Assembly: GCA_963665325.3 (NCBI GenBank)
Contig: OZ224045.1
Coordinates: forward strand, 640,001 to 704,000
From: Alphaproteobacteria bacterium
GTDB taxonomy: Bacteria; Pseudomonadota; Alphaproteobacteria; Bin95
Direction of reading: 5' to 3'
Length of the DNA stretch: 64,000 bases
This document shows positions 11,053 through 19,887 of the stretch, piece by piece; the stretch's first letter is position 1, and the number at the start of each line of letters is the position of its first letter. A program made the position numbers and the translations under genes. The notes under the pieces are model-generated. The model was not told the DNA's origin. It saw nothing but the letters and a program-made list of their open reading frames with translations, and searched no databases.

Positions 11053-12225
11053 ATGAAGATTGTCGAAGTGGAGGCCGTCGCGCTTGCCGTTCCGATGAAG
11101 AGGCCGATCGCGGCGCCGATCAGCATGCCGAGGGCCGACGAGACCGCCGGGATCGTCTTCAGGGAATACCGCTCGGTCATCGTCCGCATCCGCACGGATG
11201 ACGGCATCGAAGGCGTCGGCGAATGCATGACCCGGCTCTCGGGAACGGCGCTGCGCGATATCGTCCGCTATGTCGCCCCGCTGCTGGTCGGCAAGGACCC
11301 GCGGGACGTCGAATATCTCTGGGACCTGCTCTGGTCCGTGATGATGAACCGCGGCCACCAGAAGGGCTTCTACCTTGAGGCCATGGCCGGCATCGACACC
11401 GCGCTCTGGGACATCTGGGGCAAGTCGGCAGGGGTTCCGGTCTGGCGCCTGCTCGGCGGCAGGACCAATCGGAAGCTGTGGGCCTATGCCTCTTCGCTCC
11501 GGCTGCGCGACATCGGGATATTGCGGGACGAGATCGACGCGCACAAAGAAAACGGCTTCAACGCGATGAAGATCAAGATCGGCAAGGACCCGATGAACTG
11601 GCGCGGGGAAATCCGCACCGTCGAGCAGATCCGGGACCATGCCGGCGACGGGATTACCCTGATGGCCGACGTGAATTGCGGCTACGGGCACGACCGCAAG
11701 ACCGCGCTCCAGGTCGGACAGGCGCTCGAATCACTGGGCCTCTATTGGTACGAGGAGCCGCTGGCGCCGGACGATATCGACGGCTACGCCTTTCTCCGCG
11801 AGAAGCTCGGCATCCGGATTGCGACCGGGGAGGCCGATTTCAACCGTTTCAGCTTCGCGCGCTTCTTCAAGCGCGATGCGATAGACATCGTCCAGCACGA
11901 TGCGGCGCGGGCGGGCGGCATTACCGAGGCGCGGAAGATCGCCGACATGGCGTCGGCCTTCCATGTGCTTTACGCGCCGCATACCGGCAGCTCCTCCAAC
12001 ATCATCATGACGGTGTCGCTGCATCTGGCGACCTATGCGCCCAACTTCCTGATCTACGAATACATGCAGAGCGACTGGAACCGCGAGGAGCGCAATCCGC
12101 TTCGCGAGGACCTGTGCAAGCTGCCGATCAAGTCGTTCGAGGACGGTTATCTGGAGATGGAAGACCGCCCGGGTCTCGGCATCGCGCTGAACGAGGAAGT
12201 CGTCGAGAGATACCGCCTGCCCTGA
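11053..12225 (+). CDS. Mandelate racemase / muconate lactonizing enzyme (enolase superfamily)
   Basis: GIDTALWDIWGK, KIKIG, MADVN, WYEEP, ATGE, YAPH. Confidence 0.92.
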   Translation: MKIVEVEAVALAVPMKRPIAAPISMPRADETAGIVFREYRSVIVRIRTDDGIEGVGECMTRLSGTALRDIVRYVAPLLVGKDPRDVEYLWDLLWSVMMNRGHQKGFYLEAMAGIDTALWDIWGKSAGVPVWRLLGGRTNRKLWAYASSLRLRDIGILRDEIDAHKENGFNAMKIKIGKDPMNWRGEIRTVEQIRDHAGDGITLMADVNCGYGHDRKTALQVGQALESLGLYWYEEPLAPDDIDGYAFLREKLGIRIATGEADFNRFSFARFFKRDAIDIVQHDAARAGGITEARKIADMASAFHVLYAPHTGSSSNIIMTVSLHLATYAPNFLIYEYMQSDWNREERNPLREDLCKLPIKSFEDGYLEMEDRPGLGIALNEEVVERYRLP

Positions 12226-12431
12226 CGCGAGAGCATTGCGCCGGACCTCGCCACCAGCCTTTTCGGTCGGTCGGGAACGCCGGGACTATCGTTTCCATAC
12301 CGGCGGGGCTCCTCGACTCCTGCCCCCGGCATATGCCAAACTTTGTCTTTACATATGCTTTCGGGGCTCCCGATGGTACCGGGTGTATCAGAGCATTCTT
12401 CGTCCAGCCCCAACATGCAAAGGGATGACGA

Positions 12432-12635
12432 ATGGCCGAAGACCCCAACACCGGGCAACGCCTCGATCATATCGAGGAAGCGATGGTGTACTTCAATCGC
12501 CGCCAGAATGAAGACCTCGCCCTGTCGCAAGAGATGAGGCTGGACTTCCTGCAGGAGTTCAAGGCGGTTCGGAAGGCGATCTACATCATGGCCGCGGCGC
12601 TGGTCTTCACCACCGTCGCGGTATCGTTCGTATGA
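12432..12635 (+). CDS. Small hypothetical protein, coiled-coil with C-terminal hydrophobic anchor
   Basis: 67 aa ORF with AGGGA RBS; hydrophobic tail AIYIMAAALVFTTVAVSFV. Confidence 0.6.
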   Translation: MAEDPNTGQRLDHIEEAMVYFNRRQNEDLALSQEMRLDFLQEFKAVRKAIYIMAAALVFTTVAVSFV

Positions 12636-12700
12636 TTCCCTGCAAGGCCTGACCGGCGCGGGGCAATCCCGCACCCTTCACCGAATACGCTGTCCCTTCT

Positions 12701-14248
12701 TCAGGGCATCACGCCGTGGCGCAAGGTCGGGCCCGGTGCCTCGGTGCGGCGCATTTCGGCGCGGTCGAGCGCCTCGATCAGGCGCGAGCGGGTTTCCGCC
12801 GGGTCGATCACATCGTCGATCTTCATAGCTTCGGCCGCCGGCCAGGCGCCGCAGAGGCGCCCATATTCCCGGACCAGACGGTCGTAAAACGCATCCGGGT
12901 CCTCGGCGGCCTCGATCTCGGCCTTGTAGGCGGCGCGGATGCCGCTCTCCAGCGGGATGGCGTTGAAGTCCGCCGTCGGCCAGGCAAGTACCGCCGACTG
13001 CTCCGCTCCATAGCCGCCCATGGCCGCCGCGCCGTAGCCGAACGCCTTGTGCAGCACCACCGTCACGAGCGGTGTGTCGGCGAAGGCGAAGCTGCTGGCC
13101 ACTGCCATTCCGACCCGGAGCGCCCCTTCCCGCTCCGATTTCGGCCCCGTCATCACGCCCGGCGTATCGGTCAGGAAAACGACCGGCAGATGGTAGGCCG
13201 CCGCCAGGTCGATGAAGCGGCGCAGCTTGTGGCCGGCCGCTGCCGTGATCGCCCCCGCCATCACCTTCGGCTGGTTCGCCGCTACCGCCACCGCCCGCCC
13301 GTCAAGGCGCGCGAAGCCGGTAATCATCATGCGGGCATATTCGGGCTTGAGCTCGAAGAAGCTCCCCCGGTCGAAGATCGCCGCAACCGCCTTCTTCATG
13401 TCGTAAGGCCGGCGCCGGTTCGCAGGTATGAGACTGCGCAGCGTCTCCGGCGCCCCGTCAGGAGCGGGCGACGGTTCCACCTGCGGCGGCCAGGCCCAGG
13501 CATTGGCCGGCATGAAGGAGAGGTAACGCTTGAGTTGCCGGATCGCATCGGCTTCGTCCTCGGCGGCGTTGTCGGCGACGCCCGAGATGCGGCAATGCAC
13601 CTCCCAGCCGCCCAGCTCCTCCTTCGAGACGCGTTCGCCCGTGCCCATGGCGACCAGGGGCGGGCCGCCAGCGGCCAGCATGCCCTCCCCCTTCACCATG
13701 ACGATGAACTCCATCATCGAAGCCAGAAGCGAGCTGTCCCCGGCGGTCGGGCCCAGCACCGCCGCAATCGTCGGCGCGGTGCCGGAGAGCCGCGCGACAT
13801 TCATGAAGTGGTGCATCGGCGCGAGCCCCTCGCCGATATACTCGTCCGTGCGCGCGCCGGCGCCGTCGAACAGCCAGACCAGCGGCACCCGGTCCCGCCT
13901 GGCCAGTTCGATCATCCGGTTCTTCTTCTCGAAGTTCACCAGTCCGAGCGAGCCGCCGAGCACGGTGAAATCCTCGGCGACCACGCCGGCAATGCGCCCG
14001 TCGATCCGCCCGAAACCGGTCACGACGCCGTCCGCGGGCGTGTGCTTGTCCTTCACGGGCGTGACGCGGGTGGGGGCATGCGTTGCAAGGCCGCCAATCT
14101 CGGTGAAGCTGCCCGCGTCCATGAGCATCGCGACCCGCTCGCGAGCCACCTGCTTGCCTGCCCGGCGCTGGCGCGCGACCTTCGCCTCGCCTCCATGCGC
14201 TTCGGCCACGGCCCGGCGGCGCGCCAGTTCCTGCAGCAGGTCGGTCAT
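12701..14248 (-). CDS. Acyl-CoA carboxylase beta subunit / carboxyltransferase
   Basis: DGVVTGFGRIDGR, DFTVLGGS, GGWEVH, ITGFARLDG, DTPG, IDDVIDPAETR. Confidence 0.92.
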   Translation of the reverse strand: MTDLLQELARRRAVAEAHGGEAKVARQRRAGKQVARERVAMLMDAGSFTEIGGLATHAPTRVTPVKDKHTPADGVVTGFGRIDGRIAGVVAEDFTVLGGSLGLVNFEKKNRMIELARRDRVPLVWLFDGAGARTDEYIGEGLAPMHHFMNVARLSGTAPTIAAVLGPTAGDSSLLASMMEFIVMVKGEGMLAAGGPPLVAMGTGERVSKEELGGWEVHCRISGVADNAAEDEADAIRQLKRYLSFMPANAWAWPPQVEPSPAPDGAPETLRSLIPANRRRPYDMKKAVAAIFDRGSFFELKPEYARMMITGFARLDGRAVAVAANQPKVMAGAITAAAGHKLRRFIDLAAAYHLPVVFLTDTPGVMTGPKSEREGALRVGMAVASSFAFADTPLVTVVLHKAFGYGAAAMGGYGAEQSAVLAWPTADFNAIPLESGIRAAYKAEIEAAEDPDAFYDRLVREYGRLCGAWPAAEAMKIDDVIDPAETRSRLIEALDRAEMRRTEAPGPTLRHGVMP

Positions 14249-14302
14249 CCCCTCATCCTTCAGCGCGCCGTGCAGCAGCAGCCGGGCGCGACAGCCTCCG
14301 GT

Positions 14303-14839
14303 TCAGACCGCGTCCCTCAGCTTGAGCTTGAGGCCGACCACCGCATAGCGGTCGAGGCCCGTGATCTCGGCGATCTCGGCAAATGGCAGGCGCGTTTCGT
14401 TGAGCAGCACCGTCGCATGCTGGACGGGCTCCAGCCGGCGCCGGCTTCGCCATATGAAGCTCGGCCCCGGCTGCCTGCGCACACGCTCTTCCTCGCGGTC
14501 CAGCCCCCGGCGCAACGCGTCTTCCCATGCGGCGCGGAAGCGGGCGCGGTCCTCCTCCGCGTGCCGTTCGCTCTCCCGGAAGGCTTGCGCACGCGCCGCC
14601 GCCCGTTGCCGCCGCATCCGCTCGAACGGGCTCTCCTCGCGAACGAATTCCGGTTCTTCGCCCGACCGCGCGGCTTCCGAGAGGGACATACCGTGGCGTG
14701 AGGCCAGCCGCCGGGCCGCCGCCAGCGCCGCCTCGCGCTCGCCGTCGTAGGAACTGCCGGCCGCCAGTGCCAGCAAGCTCCGGAAACGGGTCCGCTCCGC
14801 CTCTGCAAATCCGGTCGGGATGGAACCTCTCCCTCGCAC
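14303..14839 (-). CDS. Hypothetical protein with DUF2786-like N-terminal helical motif
   Basis: LLALAAGSSYDGEREAALAAARRLASRHGMS; helix-turn-helix-like C-terminus (FAEIAEITGL). Confidence 0.6.
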   Translation of the reverse strand: MRGRGSIPTGFAEAERTRFRSLLALAAGSSYDGEREAALAAARRLASRHGMSLSEAARSGEEPEFVREESPFERMRRQRAAARAQAFRESERHAEEDRARFRAAWEDALRRGLDREEERVRRQPGPSFIWRSRRRLEPVQHATVLLNETRLPFAEIAEITGLDRYAVVGLKLKLRDAV

Positions 14840-14945
14840 GAAACTACAATTCTACAATCCCGGCACCGGGTAGGGAAACCGTTATTCGACGCACGCGGCC
14901 GGCAGCGAATGCCGTTATGGTGGCGGAAAACGGGAGTGGCGCAGC

Positions 14946-15815
14946 ATGGCGGACGGGACTTTCGGCTTCATCGGCCTTGGCAATATGGGCGGGCCGATGG
15001 CCCGTCATGCCGCCGCGACCGGACGGGAGACGGTCGTGCACGACATCGCCGGCACTGCGGACCGGGCGCCCCCCGGAGCGATGGTCGCGCAGTCCAATGG
15101 CGAGGTCGCGCGCCGGGCCGGCATCGTCGCGCTTTCGCTGCCTACGGTCGCCTCCAATCGCGAGGTCGTGCTGGAAATTGCCGCAGCCGGACGCAAGGGG
15201 CAGATCGTGGTCGATACCTGCACTATCGGCCCGGCCGCCGCGCGCGAGAACGCTCGCATCCTGGCCCAAGCCGGCATCGCCTATCTCGACAGCCCCGTTT
15301 CAGGCATGAAATTCCGCGCCGAGGAGGGCACGCTGGCCAGCATGGCGTCCGGTTCACAGGAAGTCCTGGACCGTGCGCGGGAGATGGTCGGGGCATGGTC
15401 CCGGACGATCTTCCATGTCGGCCTCGAACCGGGGCTCGGCCAGACGATGAAGCTCGTCAACAACGCGCTCAACATTTCCACCCTCGTGACCTCCTCGGAA
15501 GCGGTGTCCTACGGCGAGCGCGCCGGACTCGACATCGCCACGATGCTGGAGGTCATCAATGCCAGCACGGGGCAGAATTTCACGACCCTGCATGCCTTCC
15601 CGAAGCATGTTGCGACGGGCGAATTCAGCGGGTCGGGTGCGGAGGCCCATGTCGTCAAGAAGGACCTCGGGCTGTTCGTCGAGGGCGCCGGGGCGGACGG
15701 CGCGCCCTGCCCAACGATCCTCCGCGCCTACGACACGGTTGCCGCCTTCGCGGACTCCGATCCGGGCCAGGACATGATCCGGATCTACCCCTTCGTGCGC
15801 GACGGGGCGTCCTAG
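14946..15815 (+). CDS. NAD(P)-dependent beta-hydroxyacid dehydrogenase (3-hydroxyisobutyrate dehydrogenase family)
   Basis: GFIGLGNMGGPMA, DSPVSG, MKLVNN, KDL. Confidence 0.92.
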   Translation: MADGTFGFIGLGNMGGPMARHAAATGRETVVHDIAGTADRAPPGAMVAQSNGEVARRAGIVALSLPTVASNREVVLEIAAAGRKGQIVVDTCTIGPAAARENARILAQAGIAYLDSPVSGMKFRAEEGTLASMASGSQEVLDRAREMVGAWSRTIFHVGLEPGLGQTMKLVNNALNISTLVTSSEAVSYGERAGLDIATMLEVINASTGQNFTTLHAFPKHVATGEFSGSGAEAHVVKKDLGLFVEGAGADGAPCPTILRAYDTVAAFADSDPGQDMIRIYPFVRDGAS

Positions 15816-15891
15816 CATGAACTTTTTTGTGGCGCGGACCGACCCCGTTCGCGGGTAAGGTCTGGCGTTCTCCCCTTCCGGCCGGTCCGTG

Positions 15892-17076
15892 ATGCTCAAC
15901 GATCCCGTCAAGCGCAATGTGCTGCTGCTTGCCGTCTGCCAGGCGCTCTACATATCCGCCACGACCCTGATGATCGTGACGGTGCCGCTGGTCGGCAAGA
16001 TGCTGGCGGACGATCCCGGGTGGGCGACCGCGCCGCTCTTCTTCCATCACGCCGGCGTCATGAGCGCCTCGATTCCGGCCTCGCTGCTGATGCGCCGGAT
16101 CGGGCGTCGTGCGGGCTTCATGCTCGGCACAGTGATCGGGTGCGTGGGGGCGCTGATCGCCGTCCAGGCAATTTACGACATGAGCTATTGGGGCTTCTGC
16201 CTCGGCGTGACCGTAGTCGGCTGGTTCAACGGATTCGCGATCTTCTACCGCTTTGCCGCTGCCGACATCGCAACGCCCGAGTTCCGGCCCAAGGCCATTT
16301 CCCTGGTGCTGGCCGGCGGACTGCTGGCGGCCATCATCGGCCCGGAACTGGCAAAGCACACGCTCGACTGGCTGGCGCCGGTCTTCTACGCCGGCAGCTA
16401 CCTCTCGCTGGTCGGGCTCTATCTCCTCTCCTTCTGCCTTCTCGCCTTTGTGAAAATTCCGAGGATGAGCGCGGAGGACCGGCGCGACACGGGCCGTCCC
16501 CTGCTCGAAATCCTGCGCCAGCCCGCCTGTATCGTCGCCATCCTGGCGTCGGCGGCCGCCTACTCCACCATGTCGCTGGTGATGAGCCCGACGCCGCTGG
16601 CGATGGAGGCCTGCGGCTTCGACACAGACGACACCTTCACCGTCATGCAGGCGCATGTCATCGGCATGTTCCTGCCCGCCTTCTTCACCGGCCATCTGGT
16701 GTCCCGTTTCGGGGCGCGGCCGATCATCCTGTCGGGCATTGCGATGATCGCCGTCTGCGCCGCCGTCAACCTGACCGGCATCACGCTCGCGCATTTCGCC
16801 GTGGCGCTCTTCCTGAACGGGGTCGGCTGGAACTTCATGTTCGTCGGCGGCTCCTCGCTGCTCACCGAAGTGCACACGCCCGCCGAGCGGGCCAAGGTGC
16901 AGGGAATCCACGATTTCACCGTCTTCGGCACGATCGCCGTCTCGGCGCTGTTCTCCGGCCGCATCCTGGAGGACCTCGGCTGGGACTGGATCAATATCGG
17001 CATCCTACCGATGATTGCCGTGGCGCTCATCGCCACCCTGATACTTGCCGGCTCCCGCCCCCAGCGGGCAGCCTGA
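15892..17076 (+). CDS. MFS transporter
   Basis: About 12 hydrophobic segments; RFAAAD, AISLVLAGG, HVIGMFLP, GVGWNFMFVGG. Confidence 0.9.
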   Translation: MLNDPVKRNVLLLAVCQALYISATTLMIVTVPLVGKMLADDPGWATAPLFFHHAGVMSASIPASLLMRRIGRRAGFMLGTVIGCVGALIAVQAIYDMSYWGFCLGVTVVGWFNGFAIFYRFAAADIATPEFRPKAISLVLAGGLLAAIIGPELAKHTLDWLAPVFYAGSYLSLVGLYLLSFCLLAFVKIPRMSAEDRRDTGRPLLEILRQPACIVAILASAAAYSTMSLVMSPTPLAMEACGFDTDDTFTVMQAHVIGMFLPAFFTGHLVSRFGARPIILSGIAMIAVCAAVNLTGITLAHFAVALFLNGVGWNFMFVGGSSLLTEVHTPAERAKVQGIHDFTVFGTIAVSALFSGRILEDLGWDWINIGILPMIAVALIATLILAGSRPQRAA

Positions 17077-17109
17077 CCCGAAGCACGACTGTCATCTTCG
17101 GCCTCTCTG

Positions 17110-17590
17110 GAACAAAAATCTATTATCTATGAAAAAATTCATATAATAGATTGACTCAAGAAGGCTGGGTCCTATATGTAGCGGACGGAAGCAGGCGGCA
17201 TCCGCGGAACCGCCTCGACCTCCGCGTCGGCGCCGACGCAAAAAACACCCTGAGGAGATGACAGGAGAAGTGCGCCTTGCGGCCGGCCCGCGCGCGGGCG
17301 CAATCAGGCGCGCGAACCGCGCCGGCACCAGCGGGCGCGGGCGCGCCCCCGCGATACGCGCGAAACAGGGTCCCGCCGCGCCAGACGAACCGGCGGCGGG
17401 GCGAACGGAACGGAGAGCGACCGGGAGGAACGACCGATGCCGAAGACGCCAAGCCGGAAAATCGGAAGCAATATCCGGAACGGCGGCAGCATGCCCGAGG
17501 AGACAACGGCATATGCGCCGTCCGTATGCGGAACATGACAGTCCATGACAATTCCGTAGGGCCGCATGACAAAACATGACATTCCCGGGG
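17110..17590 (+). repeat. Dispersed non-coding element, copy A (promoter-like head, conserved GC core, CATGACA array)
   Basis: Shares ordered blocks with the reverse complement of 44540-45035, including identical CGCGATACGCGCGAAACAGGGTCCCGCC (17350-17377) and GGGCCGCATGACAAAACATGACA. Confidence 0.85.
17117..17178 (+). promoter_or_regulatory. Sigma70-like promoter with overlapping AT-rich palindrome
   Basis: TTGACT (17151)-N16-TATATG; inverted repeat AATCTATTAT...ATAATAGATT (17117-17152). Confidence 0.55.
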
Positions 17591-17699
17591 GCATCCGCGC
17601 CGCGCGCCGTGCTCATGCGACAAATCGGGGCTTGAGGGACACCCGCCCTTCCCTTACACGCGCCGGCGGCGCTTCCATCCACTCGAGGGGAACCCTCCC

Positions 17700-19808
17700 A
17701 TGTCGCCCGTCCTGATTTTTGTCGTCGTCTGCGGCCTTGCCGCGCTGCTCTATGGCGTTGCCGCGTCGCGGTCCGTGCTCGCGGCGAGCCCCGGAAACGA
17801 GCGCATGCAGGAGATCGCGGCGGCAATCCAGGAAGGCGCGCGCGCCTATCTGAACCGGCAGTACCGGGCCATCGCCATCGTCGGCGTCGTCATCTTCGTC
17901 GTGCTGCTGCTGCTGCTCGGGGTTCACGAAGGCATCGGCTTCCTGATCGGCGCCATTCTCTCCGGCGCGGCCGGCTATATCGGCATGAACGTCTCGGTGA
18001 AGGCGAATGTCCGCACGGCGGAGGCGGCTCGGCAGGGACTGGCCCAGGGACTGGCCGTGTCATTCCGGTCCGGTGCGGTGACGGGAATGCTGGTCGCAGG
18101 CTTGGCACTGCTCGGCGTCGCCGTTTACTACACCGTCCTGGTCAATACCGGCGCCGAGGGACGCGGCCTGATCGACCCGCTCGTGGCGCTGGGCTTCGGC
18201 GCCTCTCTCATCTCCATCTTCGCGCGCCTCGGCGGCGGCATCTTCACCAAGGGCGCCGATGTCGGCGCGGACCTCGTGGGCAAGGTCGAGGCCGGCATTC
18301 CGGAGGACGACCCGCGCAACCCGGCCGTGATCGCGGACAATGTGGGCGACAATGTGGGCGACTGCGCGGGCATGGCCGCCGACCTGTTCGAGACCTATGC
18401 GGTCACCGTCGTCGCGACCATGGTGCTGGCGTCGATCTTCTTCGCCGCCGATCCTGCGCTTGCCGCAAAGGTGATGTCCTACCCGCTCGCCATTGGCGGC
18501 GTGTGCATTCTCGCCTCCATCGTCGGCACCTTCTTCGTCAAGCTCGGCGCCTCCCAGTCGATCATGGGCGCCCTCTACAGAGGCTTCATCGTGTCGGCAG
18601 TGATCTCGCTCGGGGGCATACTGGCGATGACCGCATGGACCGTGGGCATGGGCCCCATCGGCGAAAGCGGCTTCACGGGCACGCAATTGTTCATCTGTGG
18701 GGCCGTCGGCCTTGTCGTTACGGGGCTCCTCATCTGGGTGACGGAATACTACACCGGCACCGAATACCGCCCTGTCCGCTCTGTGGCCCAGGCCTCGACC
18801 ACCGGCCACGGCACCAATGTCATCCAGGGGCTCGCCGTCTCAATGGAAGCCTGCGCGCTGCCCGCCATCATCATCTGCGTCGCCATCATCGCCTGCCACC
18901 AGCTTGCGGGCCTGTTCGGCATCGCCATCGCCGTTACGGCCATGCTGGCGCTCGCGGGCATGGTGGTGGCGCTGGACGCCTACGGCCCCGTCACGGACAA
19001 TGCCGGCGGCATCGCCGAGATGGCGGAGCTGGAGGAGGATGTCCGCGAAACCACCGACAAGCTGGATGCTGTCGGTAACACCACCAAGGCCGTCACCAAG
19101 GGCTATGCCATCGGCTCGGCGGGTCTCGGCGCGCTGGTGCTGTTCGCGGCCTATACGGAAGACATCAAGTTCTTCAGCGCGGCCGGAGACCAATATCCGT
19201 TTTTCGACGGCATCGCAGAACAGGTAACCTTCTCGCTGTCCGACCCCTATGTGGTCATCGGCCTGTTCGTGGGCGGCTTGCTGCCCTTCCTGTTCGGGGC
19301 GATGGGCATGATGGCCGTGGGTCGCGCGGGCGGCGCCGTCGTGGAGGAGGTGCGCCGCCAGTTCCGGGAGATCCCCGGTATCATGGAAGGCACTGCCAAG
19401 CCGGAATACGGCCCCTGCGTGGACATGCTCACGCGCGCGGCGATCAAGGAAATGATCGTGCCGTCGATGCTGCCGGTGCTCTCGCCGATCGCGCTCTTCC
19501 TGCTGATCTGGCTGGTCGCCGGCAAGGCGGCGGCACTGACCTCGGTCGGCGCCATGCTGCTCGGCGTCATCGTCACCGGCATCTTCGTCGCCATCTCTAT
19601 GACCGCCGGCGGCGGCGCTTGGGATAACGCCAAGAAATACATCGAGGATGGCCATCACGGCGGCAAGGGCTCGGAAGCCCACAAGGCCGCCGTGACGGGC
19701 GACACGGTCGGCGACCCCTACAAGGACACCGCCGGTCCCGCCGTCAACCCGATGATCAAGATCACCAACATCGTGGCGCTCCTGTTGCTCGCCGTGCTCG
19801 CGCATTGA
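17700..19808 (+). CDS. hppA: Membrane-integral pyrophosphatase, K+-independent H+-pumping type
   Basis: [40 protein letters not shown] (Lys variant), [14 protein letters not shown]. Confidence 0.96.
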   Translation: MSPVLIFVVVCGLAALLYGVAASRSVLAASPGNERMQEIAAAIQEGARAYLNRQYRAIAIVGVVIFVVLLLLLGVHEGIGFLIGAILSGAAGYIGMNVSVKANVRTAEAARQGLAQGLAVSFRSGAVTGMLVAGLALLGVAVYYTVLVNTGAEGRGLIDPLVALGFGASLISIFARLGGGIFTKGADVGADLVGKVEAGIPEDDPRNPAVIADNVGDNVGDCAGMAADLFETYAVTVVATMVLASIFFAADPALAAKVMSYPLAIGGVCILASIVGTFFVKLGASQSIMGALYRGFIVSAVISLGGILAMTAWTVGMGPIGESGFTGTQLFICGAVGLVVTGLLIWVTEYYTGTEYRPVRSVAQASTTGHGTNVIQGLAVSMEACALPAIIICVAIIACHQLAGLFGIAIAVTAMLALAGMVVALDAYGPVTDNAGGIAEMAELEEDVRETTDKLDAVGNTTKAVTKGYAIGSAGLGALVLFAAYTEDIKFFSAAGDQYPFFDGIAEQVTFSLSDPYVVIGLFVGGLLPFLFGAMGMMAVGRAGGAVVEEVRRQFREIPGIMEGTAKPEYGPCVDMLTRAAIKEMIVPSMLPVLSPIALFLLIWLVAGKAAALTSVGAMLLGVIVTGIFVAISMTAGGGAWDNAKKYIEDGHHGGKGSEAHKAAVTGDTVGDPYKDTAGPAVNPMIKITNIVALLLLAVLAH

Positions 19809-19887
19809 CGGGCCGGTCCGGCAGGCCGTGACCGTGGGGAGGAATCCCGGCTAAGCTGGCGGGCGTTCCCCGACGGACCCGTCTTCC

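Noticed and set aside
17092-17826. ORFs across the dispersed element (17092-17826, 17156-17623, 17304-17594, and 44555-44989 in copy B) as a protein family
   Set aside because: Shared peptides (RDPVSRVSR, ARLIA, AHF) fall in different frames in copy A, and the ORFs have Arg/Pro/Ala-rich shadow composition
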